NCBI GenBank assembly: GCA_963758495.1
Contig: CAVWVI010000003.1
Coordinates: 512,001-576,000 of the forward strand
Direction of reading: 5' to 3'
Source of the DNA: Oligoflexia bacterium
GTDB lineage: Bacteria > Bdellovibrionota > UBA1018
DNA: 64,000 nt
Under the pieces are notes generated by a model. The model ran no database searches. It was not told where the DNA came from and worked only from the letters and a program-made list of their open reading frames with translations. This document shows positions 39,766 through 49,368 of the stretch, in pieces. The position numbers and the translations under genes are program-made. Within the stretch, counting starts at the first letter, position 1, and every line of letters begins with the position of its first letter.

Positions 39766-41289
39766 TTGATAACTCCTTTTTTCTTTAGAATTGCGTTCAT
39801 AATAACCTTTGAAAAGTGCGCAAGCAATGCCAAGAGTTTGTTCCCATTCTCTAGGATCTTTTATTCCTACGCGATTACAAGCCCTTCGGAAGACAGACTC
39901 AACCAGATCACGTGGAATTGGGGCTGAATCTAAAATACAAGGCAAAATCCGTTGAATTGTATGTTTTTTTAATTTGTCATCAATACGTTTCGAGAAACAT
40001 GCCTCTGCAATACTACTTGGACTTGGAGCGAAAATTTGCCATAGAATACCTGTTTTCCCTTTTGCTTTCGGATCCAGGAGATGCCAGGAAAAATCAGAGT
40101 GCCAATTTTCGATCCGTCGAAGAAATTCCGAGCTTTGCAATTCCCGGTAATAAACGATAGCTATTCTACCATCACTTGCTGAATCAAGACCTATCACTAC
40201 GATATCCTGAAGCTCTCCTAGTTTCGCCTTATATCCAGCTATCTTCTTATTCAGTTTTAATGCGAAGGTTTGGCCAAAATCAGATTCATTTTTTGAATCG
40301 CTATCCAGTGATTCTCCAAAAAGAATGGAAGTATCAGCAAAGGGATCTGGGATATCTTGGCCACCAGTCGCCCATGAAACAAACACAAGATTCCCGAATC
40401 GCTGGGACTGGCGTTTAATAAGCCACTGAAGCGCATTGTGGATTTTTTGGGAGGCTTCGCTAGACATGCCTACAGCTTGGCTGGCAACACTAAATCTGCC
40501 TCTAAATGTATAGCCCGTACTATCATTAGAAGAGATAAGTTTAGCTCCATCACCACTATGCCGAATTCGACCGGGGTGTTTTGTCGCCAATACTCCCACA
40601 TTCCCAGTTACAAAGCATAAACCCTTCTCGACACACTCAAGCGTTGAGTTATATAGAGTCCAAGCGTCGAACAATGACGGATCTTCCCAGGTAGTAGAGT
40701 TTGGATTTCCTGGTTCCTCTACTCTCCATCTAACAAATGCATCCCCTTGATCCATAGAGGTGGGAAGGACGCTGAAAATTTCATTCTTAAAGACCGCTGG
40801 CTTTTCGCTTTTTGGATTCCACATACAAGCGAGGGTAGCAGGTGAGTCCGTATGAAGAACATTGCAGCCGATTAAGTCAGCTACAACCGTTCCCTTGCTA
40901 ATATATTTAAAAACAGCATTTACTTTGGGGTGATTCGCAACTGGCGAAGACGCCCAGGCTTGTAACTGCTTTGAATATGAGTCGAAGTAAGAATCCTTCC
41001 TTCCACCAAAAGTCTTGTAGTCCTTCGCTATGTATTGAATTTTATCAGAAAGAGGATATGGTGCGTCATTAGCAGTTCGAGTCGCAGACTTTTCTGTGGT
41101 TGGAATAATCGTCTCTATCTTGAGAATGACTTTAGCAGTGTTAAAATTGCCATCTAGATCAATAACAATCTCAATATGAGCATTCTGCAACTTATGGGCG
41201 ACAGGTACTAATATGTTCTTTCCTGTGCTTGTATGAGTAGTATTTGAAACTAAATTGAAGGTTTCATATAATTTTTGGCTCCAACTCAT
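39364..41289 (-). CDS. cas8c: Type I-C Cas8c/Csd1
   Basis: MSW.QKLYETF, AKLISSND, SQKIHNALQWL, YLYGRLLA and FLLGY motifs. Confidence 0.95.
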   Translation of the reverse strand: MSWSQKLYETFNLVSNTTHTSTGKNILVPVAHKLQNAHIEIVIDLDGNFNTAKVILKIETIIPTTEKSATRTANDAPYPLSDKIQYIAKDYKTFGGRKDSYFDSYSKQLQAWASSPVANHPKVNAVFKYISKGTVVADLIGCNVLHTDSPATLACMWNPKSEKPAVFKNEIFSVLPTSMDQGDAFVRWRVEEPGNPNSTTWEDPSLFDAWTLYNSTLECVEKGLCFVTGNVGVLATKHPGRIRHSGDGAKLISSNDSTGYTFRGRFSVASQAVGMSSEASQKIHNALQWLIKRQSQRFGNLVFVSWATGGQDIPDPFADTSILFGESLDSDSKNESDFGQTFALKLNKKIAGYKAKLGELQDIVVIGLDSASDGRIAIVYYRELQSSEFLRRIENWHSDFSWHLLDPKAKGKTGILWQIFAPSPSSIAEACFSKRIDDKLKKHTIQRILPCILDSAPIPRDLVESVFRRACNRVGIKDPREWEQTLGIACALFKGYYERNSKEKRSYQMALEPDRTSRDYLYGRLLAIADHLEERALHVGGESRDTTAFKLMQRFADRPFSTWKNIETSLVPYQARLKAKRAPFLQVMKNLLTEVTCLFQLNEYQSDVRLNGEFLLGYHCQRQDLNRKKSDLQTENTKGEQ

Positions 41290-41996
41290 TCAACCACTCC
41301 GTCGTCAGAGGTGATTGAAAAATTACATCCAATTTCAAACTTTTTCGGCATCATCTCGCGTACCAGGTGACGAACTTTACACACTTCAGGACGATCAAAT
41401 TGAATAATCCCACTCTTCATCACAGGAGAGAAAAGGCGCTTATAGAGCTTATTTTCTCCGTTTTCATCAGGATAATCAAAACCGTGAAACATCAGACCAA
41501 ACCCGAGTTCATCCAAATCATCGTAATCACTCTTGCCGGTACCAAATTCACAAGGCTCCACATAAGCCTGACAGTCTCTTGTCCCCAGGTAAACGTCCAG
41601 GCTTCCACCTTTATCAAGCTTTCTTAAGGCAATCTGGTAGTGCTTACCATCGTTGCGATCTTTCTCCAATTCTGAACGAAAGAGATTCCATTCGAAGTGG
41701 GCTTGAACTTGGTATTCAACATCCGCCAAGAATGTATAAATAGATAACGAATTTCCCCCTCCATAGTTCAAAGGTTTAGTCCCTTTCGTTTGGGTTCGAA
41801 TTTTCTTCATCACGCGAACCTTATCAATGACCCAAATAAAAGTGGGTTTCCAATAGATAGATTTGGCTATGCCTTTTAAAGCTTCATAAGTAGGAATGTG
41901 GTAAGAGCACTTCTCTCCCCCAATTTTTGTCAAAGGATCTGTAAAAAGAGCATGAGGACCCCAAACTTTGAATTCAATACAATTTTTCGGTTTCAT
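41286..41996 (-). CDS. cas5c: Type I-C Cas5c/Cas5d
   Basis: ALFTDP, SYHIPTYEAL, IYWKP and YLGTRDC motifs. Confidence 0.96.
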   Translation of the reverse strand: MKPKNCIEFKVWGPHALFTDPLTKIGGEKCSYHIPTYEALKGIAKSIYWKPTFIWVIDKVRVMKKIRTQTKGTKPLNYGGGNSLSIYTFLADVEYQVQAHFEWNLFRSELEKDRNDGKHYQIALRKLDKGGSLDVYLGTRDCQAYVEPCEFGTGKSDYDDLDELGFGLMFHGFDYPDENGENKLYKRLFSPVMKSGIIQFDRPEVCKVRHLVREMMPKKFEIGCNFSITSDDGVVE

Positions 41997-42016
41997 AGGG
42001 TATTCCAAAGTCTACT

Positions 42017-44500
42017 TTAACAATTTATAAAACTCATTGAGTTGACCATTTCGAGACTAATGCCGAAATCATCACTATAGTACTGTTTATCCAAGTAATA
42101 GATACCTGTGCTTTTTTGAATTTCCTGCATAGCACCCTCCTGAGAAAATTTCAAAATTAAATTTGGATACAGATTTACAGTATAGCGCTGAGCTTTTCTA
42201 AGAAGCTCAAATTGTTTTTCTACTTGAAAGGCACCGCATAGTTCAGTTACAAGGGCTTCGCCTTCTTTGCCATACGGTACAATAACTCCTTGTGTGGAGA
42301 TATCCATGGCTTTGAATTCCTTTCCCGCAGACATGAAGGAATGTCTTAAAAAGATCGCAGGCGCACAGTCCTTTGTTCTCTTATGTTCTGAAACAGAAAT
42401 CGAATTTTCTCCCAATAAATTCAAGAGTCGATCGGAACGTCCGATATAACCTGAACTTTGATCTCCAATTGGGTAATCCATCTCTCCTCTTCGATCAAAA
42501 AAATTATACTGATAGTATCGTTGCATTGCACTTGGACTAAGAAGACTATTACCTAGTAGAGATGGGCTGCTCTCAAATTCACGTAAGATGCGATCAGTAT
42601 GCTTTTGTCCTGTAGAGATATCTTCAAGCGATTTAATATTCTCTTGAGCGGCGTTTACTACATAAACTCTGCCCACTTTTATTCGACCGTTTCGGTTACA
42701 GCGCCCAGCAGCTTGGGCTATGGAATCCAATCCTGCGCTACAGCGAATCACAGAATTAAAATCTAAATCCACCCCTGCTTCAATCAATTGTGTACTAATA
42801 CATAACACTGGATCTCCCCTTTCCAGCATTGCACGAATCTGATTCAGAATAACCAACCGGTGAGCTGGGCACATCGCTGTACTGAGATGAAAGACAGGAA
42901 ACATCGAAGGCGCTTTGCAGAGCTGAAAAAGGGCTTGCGCCATCTGTTTTGTATTTACAATGACAAGGCAACTATTCGCCTGGGAAATCTGATCCAAGGC
43001 CAATTTCGCAATTTCTTCATTGGTCCAACCTATAGACCTAGTGTAATTAAGAACTTCCACCCGTTTGAGGTCATCAAAAAGACTCCGGACATCTGACATT
43101 ATTTCGTTGCGATCGTCATATTTCATCATCCCTTTTGTGGGTTCAACTTGATTTAGAAGTGGTTGCGTCGCGGTACATAGTACAACCGTGCTCCCACATT
43201 GCTCCACGAGAAAATTCACGGCATTGTTAAACAAATGAATGCAGCGAATGGGCAGAGTCTGAATTTCATCAAAGATAATCAACGAATTGGCCAATTGATG
43301 TAGGCGTCGAGCCCCACGGGTACCACCACTAAATAGAGACTCGAGCAATTGAACGCTCGTGGTATAAATCACTGGAGCATCCCAGTTTTCAGTGAGGATC
43401 TTGGCCTTCCAGGTCTGCTCTTCGGGAGTCAGATTAGAATGATGTTCCAAAACAATCAAACTAGGTTCAACGTTGTCGGATGTTGGGTCCAAAATGTTAC
43501 GAACAGTTTCGGCATTTTGATCAATGATAGTGGTAAAAGGTATAACAAAAATGATGCGGTCAAGATGATGTTTTTTTGCGTGATGCAAGCCAAAGCGGAG
43601 GCTAGCAAGGGTTTTCCCTCCACCTGTAGGAACAGTCAGAGTAAAAATCCCTTTGCCCCTTTGAGCACTTTCGAAACAACCCTGTGAGATTTTTCGCCGA
43701 ATTTCATCAATTCTGTTTTGAATCGGAATATTCTCCAAATATTTTTCAAGTCGTTCAATCAAGAGATCCCACTGGGGATATGAGCCATTGTAGCACCTAA
43801 GTGCAGCCTTCGGATTTTCGAAGTCTGCACTATCAATTCGATCCCCGTCAATAAGACAACTGAAGAGAAAACGAACTAACAGACCTTCCTGAATTGCGCG
43901 GGTTTGGCGAGACTGGTTGTATTTTTGAATAGATGCAATGACCTTTTTTAAGGGAATTAATAAGTCTTCAGAGTCCAAAATACGCTGAACCTCTCGAAAT
44001 ATTTCTGGATCGGCTTTTTCAGTGACTTCTATTAAGTGCGTTTTTTTATCATCTTTCTGAATTCTGCGTTCCCAATTATTCTCTCCACTAGGCTTCAGAC
44101 AGTCAATAAGCCCAGAATGATGTGAGACAATACAGAGAGTGAGTATTTGCTCCAAAAATTTCTCGGCAGGGGTGTCTTTCCCCTTGAACTGCTGCCGTAT
44201 ATACTGAGCCCCAGCAGTGGAATGATCAATCTTGCCCTTCAGTCCTGAGGCATCAACATATTCCTCATCCTCATCAGGATTGAGTAAACCAACCGCAGAT
44301 TGGATATATGATTGGAATTCTTGACTGAATTTTCCAAGATCATGTAACAATCCAACCAGTGCGCCATAGTCGCCAAGGCCTATCTTGGCCCCGAATATCC
44401 GACTTTTTGCACTCACTCCTTGTAGGTGGCTAATGACAGATTGATTTGTCCCATCCTTGCGTGCATGCGCAATATAATTATCTTGGTTAGTCTTACTCAC
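42017..44500 (-). CDS. cas3: Cas3 HD nuclease-helicase
   Basis: LHDLGK, DHS, SHH, DGD, PTGGGKT, DEIQ, TAT, TQLIEAGVD and QAAGRCNR motifs. Confidence 0.96.
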   Translation of the reverse strand: MSKTNQDNYIAHARKDGTNQSVISHLQGVSAKSRIFGAKIGLGDYGALVGLLHDLGKFSQEFQSYIQSAVGLLNPDEDEEYVDASGLKGKIDHSTAGAQYIRQQFKGKDTPAEKFLEQILTLCIVSHHSGLIDCLKPSGENNWERRIQKDDKKTHLIEVTEKADPEIFREVQRILDSEDLLIPLKKVIASIQKYNQSRQTRAIQEGLLVRFLFSCLIDGDRIDSADFENPKAALRCYNGSYPQWDLLIERLEKYLENIPIQNRIDEIRRKISQGCFESAQRGKGIFTLTVPTGGGKTLASLRFGLHHAKKHHLDRIIFVIPFTTIIDQNAETVRNILDPTSDNVEPSLIVLEHHSNLTPEEQTWKAKILTENWDAPVIYTTSVQLLESLFSGGTRGARRLHQLANSLIIFDEIQTLPIRCIHLFNNAVNFLVEQCGSTVVLCTATQPLLNQVEPTKGMMKYDDRNEIMSDVRSLFDDLKRVEVLNYTRSIGWTNEEIAKLALDQISQANSCLVIVNTKQMAQALFQLCKAPSMFPVFHLSTAMCPAHRLVILNQIRAMLERGDPVLCISTQLIEAGVDLDFNSVIRCSAGLDSIAQAAGRCNRNGRIKVGRVYVVNAAQENIKSLEDISTGQKHTDRILREFESSPSLLGNSLLSPSAMQRYYQYNFFDRRGEMDYPIGDQSSGYIGRSDRLLNLLGENSISVSEHKRTKDCAPAIFLRHSFMSAGKEFKAMDISTQGVIVPYGKEGEALVTELCGAFQVEKQFELLRKAQRYTVNLYPNLILKFSQEGAMQEIQKSTGIYYLDKQYYSDDFGISLEMVNSMSFINC

Positions 44501-45101
44501 AGTAATTTACCCTCTCTTTTCAGTGATTTCAGAAGTGTCGCCATTACAATCAATGAGTCTGCCTTGTACTCTAATAACCTAATGACATAGCCGAAAAGCC
44601 GTTTCCGGCGATATGGGCCGTATCTGAGTAGATGAAGTTATTATTTTCTAGTGCTAGTCCGGCGATTACTGTCATATTGCTATCCTTATTCCAAGAATCA
44701 GGAAGATCCTGCATACAACAGTAGCGCTGATGCTCAAAACAAAAATATCTAAAGAAAGTTATCCGGAATATATGGTTTTCCAAAAATCCAGATCTCATAT
44801 TTTCCGGAAAGAAGTGCCATTACTGCGCAAGTGACTTGTCCGCGATCAGGATCGGTTGGCCATTATTCCTATGTGGGGTCAGGCATGATCGAAACTAGTA
44901 ACTCGGTTTTGCAAAGTCAGATCTAGTTTCTTACATTTTAAATTTCAACGTTTGATTGGCATTACCAGGACATGGCGCAAGAATTAATGGATCAAGGCGC
45001 CAGCAAATCGTTTTAACTTTAGACTTTTTTCTTGGGTGTTTGATGATTTTTTAGGAATGAAAAGGCAATACTCCTTTGCATAGAAGAGGCCAAAACGGTG
45101 A

Positions 45102-45197
45102 ACAATCCAACACATGCTCATGATCAGCCTGCCGATAAGGCTGGAACTTAGGGCATAGGTAACAAAAAAAGGGGGATCCAAATGACAGAGTGATTTT
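45102..45197 (-). pseudogene. 96-bp relic of the ginB-like recombinase gene
   Basis: Direct repeat of 49490-49586 with about 4 substitutions and a 1-nt deletion. Confidence 0.85.
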
Positions 45198-45276
45198 ATC
45201 TTTTACGCATTCACCTGGAGCTTTAAAAGTAAAAAAGGGCTCTCAAATCTTTACGATGATAAAATAACAAATAGCC

Positions 45277-45306
45277 AAAAAAAAGGAGCCTTAAAAGGCT
45301 CCTTTT
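45277..45306 (-). terminator. Rho-independent terminator (possibly bidirectional)
   Basis: A8-GGAGCC-TTAAAA-GGCTCC-T4. Confidence 0.8.
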
Positions 45307-45727
45307 AATAAATAATACTTTACAAATCTTTATGATTTTCAATTATTGCATGTCAAAATGGTAGTTTATATAAAACAAACAAAAACTATTCTTAAGTATC
45401 GATAACTATTTGAAATAATATGTAATTTTAGTACATCTGTAAAATCTTTGTCTAAAAAATGGTAAGAAACTATGCCTCCTAAGAAGAATAGCCACTTTCA
45501 GTTGAATGATTTTCTCATTCAGTTTGTAAAGTTTGTGATTAACACTTTTAAACGCGCCGGATTGGTCCCTAACTTCACTCAGTTTGGCAACTTAGGAGCG
45601 ACTGACCGTGTTACCGTTGAGAAATCCCGAAAATATACAGCCAGATGTCTCTGTCGTTGCAAAGCCAGGTCGACAATACAATATCCTACCCCAAGCGAGA
45701 GGTCTGCCACCTCTCACACTCTCTGGC

Positions 45728-45758
45728 CCCATGTGCTGTTAAGCACATGGGCTTTTTT
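45728..45758 (+). terminator. Rho-independent terminator on the plus strand
   Basis: CCCATGTGCT-GTTA-AGCACATGGG-C-TTTTTT. Confidence 0.7.
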
Positions 45759-45765
45759 AAAAGCC

Positions 45766-46443
45766 CTATCCCTTCATAGCATCTAAATTGTCTTCAATGC
45801 TCTTGTCTGGCCTTGTCCGTAAGTAGAGATTTCCAGATCTTGAATGCGCAATCACTGCGTCCACTCTTCCTTGACGAGTCAGTGCAATACCCTGAATTTT
45901 TGAAATCCATCCCATCGTTTCAATCTGATAGGAAACGATCGTTTTCTTTTTGTTTCTTTGAACCCCAATAATTTTAAGTTTATCCGTGCATTCTTCGATT
46001 ACGCCCTTTTGCTGGCCCTCCATTTGTTCAATGGCCTTCCAGAGCATTTCAAATTCATTAGGACTGAAATCTTTGATTTTTTTGTCTCCCTTGACTCCAA
46101 TCTTCCCACGTAAAAATCGCACGTAATTCTCTGGATCATTACCATCTTCTTTTGGAGCATACACTTTTATCAATGCTTTAAGATCTTTCGTTCCATGCTC
46201 ATTTTTCAAGCAATCAAGATGTGCCTGATGGCCCGTTTTATAATCTGGGAATACCGCAAATCCCCCTGCTTTCCCAATAGCACCATTTCTTTTACTGACT
46301 TTCCCTACAACAAGATTGCCAGGATTATTATTTCTCCAGGTCCAATTGCCTTTTGAAAAACAAAACTTCCTGCCATCTTCAGATTCGTAAATTACAGAGT
46401 GCCTAGGTCCAGGACCTGCTTTAACAAATTTGGGTTCACTCAT
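45766..46443 (-). CDS. Lysozyme-like (RNNNPGN) domain plus C-terminal DUF3892-like domain
   Basis: WRNNNPGNL...GFAVFP...YAP..DGNDPENY; C-terminal YLRTRPD....NLD. Confidence 0.7.
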   Translation of the reverse strand: MSEPKFVKAGPGPRHSVIYESEDGRKFCFSKGNWTWRNNNPGNLVVGKVSKRNGAIGKAGGFAVFPDYKTGHQAHLDCLKNEHGTKDLKALIKVYAPKEDGNDPENYVRFLRGKIGVKGDKKIKDFSPNEFEMLWKAIEQMEGQQKGVIEECTDKLKIIGVQRNKKKTIVSYQIETMGWISKIQGIALTRQGRVDAVIAHSRSGNLYLRTRPDKSIEDNLDAMKG

Positions 46444-46883
46444 GATTTAATTACTTCCAGTTGATCAACTGACATTAAAACTCTAGAATGATGATGCCCT
46501 GACCATCGATGAAAAAAATACCCTTTCAAGTGGACTTTAATTTTTTTCTTCATTGTTTCTCTAATTTTTTTTTCAAGTTTATGGTTTTCATAATCCCAAG
46601 TTAACTGGATGATCCTAACATTTCTTTCGGTTTCAGATTCTGCCGAAGGAGCATCATTTTTGGTCTCTTCAACATCAACTGGCTCTAAAAATCTTAGGTA
46701 CCAACCTTTTTCAATCCTATCTCCTTTGGCAATACTTTCATATTCTGGAGGACCAGGAAACGTTTGTTGCTCGATTATTCCCGTTACCTCAACAATTGCT
46801 GGCTCATAATGCATGACTGGATTTGCGCCAAAACTCAGATTGATATCCAATAACAAGCTTATAAATAATAATATAATTTTCAT
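46440..46883 (-). CDS. Secreted DUF4431-like protein (putative immunity protein)
   Basis: Signal peptide; TFPGPPEYES...QL...GHHHSRVLM; ATGA-coupled to the downstream gene. Confidence 0.7.
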   Translation of the reverse strand: MKIILLFISLLLDINLSFGANPVMHYEPAIVEVTGIIEQQTFPGPPEYESIAKGDRIEKGWYLRFLEPVDVEETKNDAPSAESETERNVRIIQLTWDYENHKLEKKIRETMKKKIKVHLKGYFFHRWSGHHHSRVLMSVDQLEVIKS

Positions 46884-46895
46884 ACAAGAACTGCC

Positions 46896-47372
46896 CTAAA
46901 TTCGGCCGCTGAATGGAATTTCTTTGTCAAACACCGTCAAAACTTTGTTTATTTCCTTATCTGAGGGTAATTCGACACCCTTTGGAGCAGCAGCATCTAC
47001 CTGATGAACCTGTATTCCTTTTTGCCGAATGTGAAACGCAATTCGTTGCCATCGTTGTCTCCAAAGGCATTCTCGACGTTTGTATTCAGCCACCTCAAGC
47101 TTGAGCCTCTCAACCTCACCCGCGAGTTCCTGATTTTCTTGAGTAGCTTCTTGTTGGCTTTTAATGGCCCCCCTGCCCAGAGACTTCTTAGCATAATCGT
47201 AAGCTGCTTTAATTTCTGACTTAGCTTGAAGTGACTGTCGACTGAACCCGAACCTCTCTCCAAGGGCTTCCCAGGTTAGTTTCGATCCAAATTGTCCGGC
47301 TGCCCAACGGTCGAGATCAGAAACAATGGTAGAAACATCAGATTTGGTCATTTTGCGAAATCGTTTAGTCAT
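46896..47372 (-). CDS. Small coiled-coil accessory protein (GinD/TnpC-like)
   Basis: KLTWEAL...FSRQSL...IK.AY HTH-like region plus coiled coil; overlaps the third recombinase gene. Confidence 0.75.
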   Translation of the reverse strand: MTKRFRKMTKSDVSTIVSDLDRWAAGQFGSKLTWEALGERFGFSRQSLQAKSEIKAAYDYAKKSLGRGAIKSQQEATQENQELAGEVERLKLEVAEYKRRECLWRQRWQRIAFHIRQKGIQVHQVDAAAPKGVELPSDKEINKVLTVFDKEIPFSGRI

Positions 47373-49368
47373 GGATAGAGTCCTCCAGATACTGATAAGG
47401 GCTGAAGTCTGAGATCCCGTTATCGATCAACTGTTGGGAAAGTACTTTGAACTTCTTATCGTTGTGAGCAATCCAATCGACGCTCTTTTTCGGCTTGTCG
47501 GTTTTTGCCTGTTTCTCTGCGGTTTCTCTTGCAATCAAAGTCATCGCGTATTGGCGCTTGAGTTCTTCAATACGGCCATCATCGTTCTTGACCCACACAT
47601 AGTCTTTACAATCCGCAGAGCACTGAAGATGCCTCTCACAAGGAGTTTGGGCAAAATTATGCACGCACATTCCAGTGCCAACATCATGGACGGCATTAAT
47701 CCGTGCCTTTAAAAAAGCATCCTGCACCTGAGCTGGGACATATTTCAGTTGTTCCGCAACTTGCCCTTGAACGAGCCCTTTCTTAATATCTTCTCGCAAC
47801 ATCAAAGCCCGCTTTTCTCGGCTCGTATGCTGATAGGCTTTAGTGTCTCTTGGATTTTTCCGGCCGAACCACTCAGTTTGCAGAAGGTCAGTCAACCCGC
47901 CTTCATCGAGTAAGGTATTGAGGGTATGACGAAAATGATGAGTTGTAAAATCAGCCTCCATAGAATACTCCGTATACTCTTTGGCCAAAGTCTCAAAAGA
48001 TCTCAAAAAAGTAGTCATCATGGAATGCGTACAAAAGGTAGCAATCCAGCGTTTTTCACGTCCAGTTGTTGAGAAACCAACAAATTTCAAAAGAAGAAGA
48101 TCTTTAAGAAAATAGTGGCGACCGCACTGATCGACGTGAACAGGCGCAATGAATTGGGGCGAAAAATCCTTTTCACAGTAGGCCGTTATCCCCTCCTTTG
48201 TAAGAAAATACTGTGACCTCTTCACACCTGAAACCGATGATAAGACCTCTTTGCCAAGATAACCATTTTGGCTAAACCATCCAGCTGTACTAATCGCCTT
48301 TAAGGGGAGACCTACCGCTTCAAGCTGGTGCCTATTAAATTTTTGGTCATCAGAGACGTCTGCGAGAAAAGTCAAATCAGGGCCTTTTACTTTTTCCATG
48401 ATAGCCGCTGTCTGCCTTGCAGGTGCACAAATCTGATCTAGCTCTGTGATGACATCACGTACAATTCCCACAACCTTTGTCGGCAAGAATAGACGTCGCC
48501 GAGGAGTAAATGTATCCCCAGAGGAACGCTTCCGAGGGAAATACTCAATATAAAATCTACCTTCGTTATCACATTCAACCTTTTGATAAGGAAGTAAAGC
48601 TATCTCACTAAAACGCCGCCCCAAACAGGCCAGGAGAACCAACACTAATACGTAGAAACGATACTTATGATCATGAGGTACTCGTTGGTAAAGTTGTCCT
48701 AAAATCCGAAATACGGCAGGCTCCACCAATTTCGATGACTTTGTTTCTGATGCTTCTGGATCGTCAAGGCGTTTATGAGCCAAGCCGCCTACGTTTTCGG
48801 GACGCTTCATTCCTGTAAATCTGTATCCTAAGTGAGTCTTGCAGAGACGATTTGCGTCGCAGTACCCCGCAAATTCATGAACTGCTTTGTGTAAATTGTA
48901 GCCGACTCCATCGCTATAGTGTGATGTAATCAGTCGACACGCGTAATCAAGATGCTCAGGCGTGAGTTGAAAAAAACCCTGACTCTGCTCAGAGCCAGCG
49001 AAAGCCACGTACCCTATTGCTGTAATAAAAAATCTCTGGCTGGTTGCAGTTTGATTTCCACGATGAAAACGAAGAACAAAGAGTGCCTTCGCCACTTCAA
49101 GCCATACCCCCGTTAGCTCAGCCCCTCCCAATTTTGGTGCGAATTGAAAATTGAGCGTCGTCGCTTTGCAGTTTTTGCCCGTAATCTTGACTAAGCGCCC
49201 CCTTGCAATCGTCCATAAGGAAGATTCCCAATTCACATCTTCAAATCCTTCCAGTTTAAGCATCTTTGCTCTTTCACACAGGGAGCGAAAATTTTCCGAA
49301 CAGTCTTTCTCTAAACGGCTTATAAATTGGACGACGTTAGTTCTTCCACTAGTAATTGGCCTATCCAT
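47365..49368 (-). CDS. Tyrosine recombinase 3 (GinC-like)
   Basis: GRRFSE, HHFRH, WFGR and AYQH; Cys-rich tail (GMCVH, PCERHLQC). Start at ATG 49368 with GGAGG RBS. Confidence 0.85.
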   Translation of the reverse strand: MDRPITSGRTNVVQFISRLEKDCSENFRSLCERAKMLKLEGFEDVNWESSLWTIARGRLVKITGKNCKATTLNFQFAPKLGGAELTGVWLEVAKALFVLRFHRGNQTATSQRFFITAIGYVAFAGSEQSQGFFQLTPEHLDYACRLITSHYSDGVGYNLHKAVHEFAGYCDANRLCKTHLGYRFTGMKRPENVGGLAHKRLDDPEASETKSSKLVEPAVFRILGQLYQRVPHDHKYRFYVLVLVLLACLGRRFSEIALLPYQKVECDNEGRFYIEYFPRKRSSGDTFTPRRRLFLPTKVVGIVRDVITELDQICAPARQTAAIMEKVKGPDLTFLADVSDDQKFNRHQLEAVGLPLKAISTAGWFSQNGYLGKEVLSSVSGVKRSQYFLTKEGITAYCEKDFSPQFIAPVHVDQCGRHYFLKDLLLLKFVGFSTTGREKRWIATFCTHSMMTTFLRSFETLAKEYTEYSMEADFTTHHFRHTLNTLLDEGGLTDLLQTEWFGRKNPRDTKAYQHTSREKRALMLREDIKKGLVQGQVAEQLKYVPAQVQDAFLKARINAVHDVGTGMCVHNFAQTPCERHLQCSADCKDYVWVKNDDGRIEELKRQYAMTLIARETAEKQAKTDKPKKSVDWIAHNDKKFKVLSQQLIDNGISDFSPYQYLEDSIHD

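Noticed and set aside
45620..45715. c-di-GMP-I or cobalamin riboswitch (GCAAAGCC, CTGCC fragments)
   Set aside because: Only isolated fragments of the consensus, and no downstream plus-strand gene.
44571..45786. Small ORFs 44571-44798, 44984-45181 and 45472-45786
   Set aside because: No recognisable motifs; one is the frameshifted ginB relic and another runs through a terminator.
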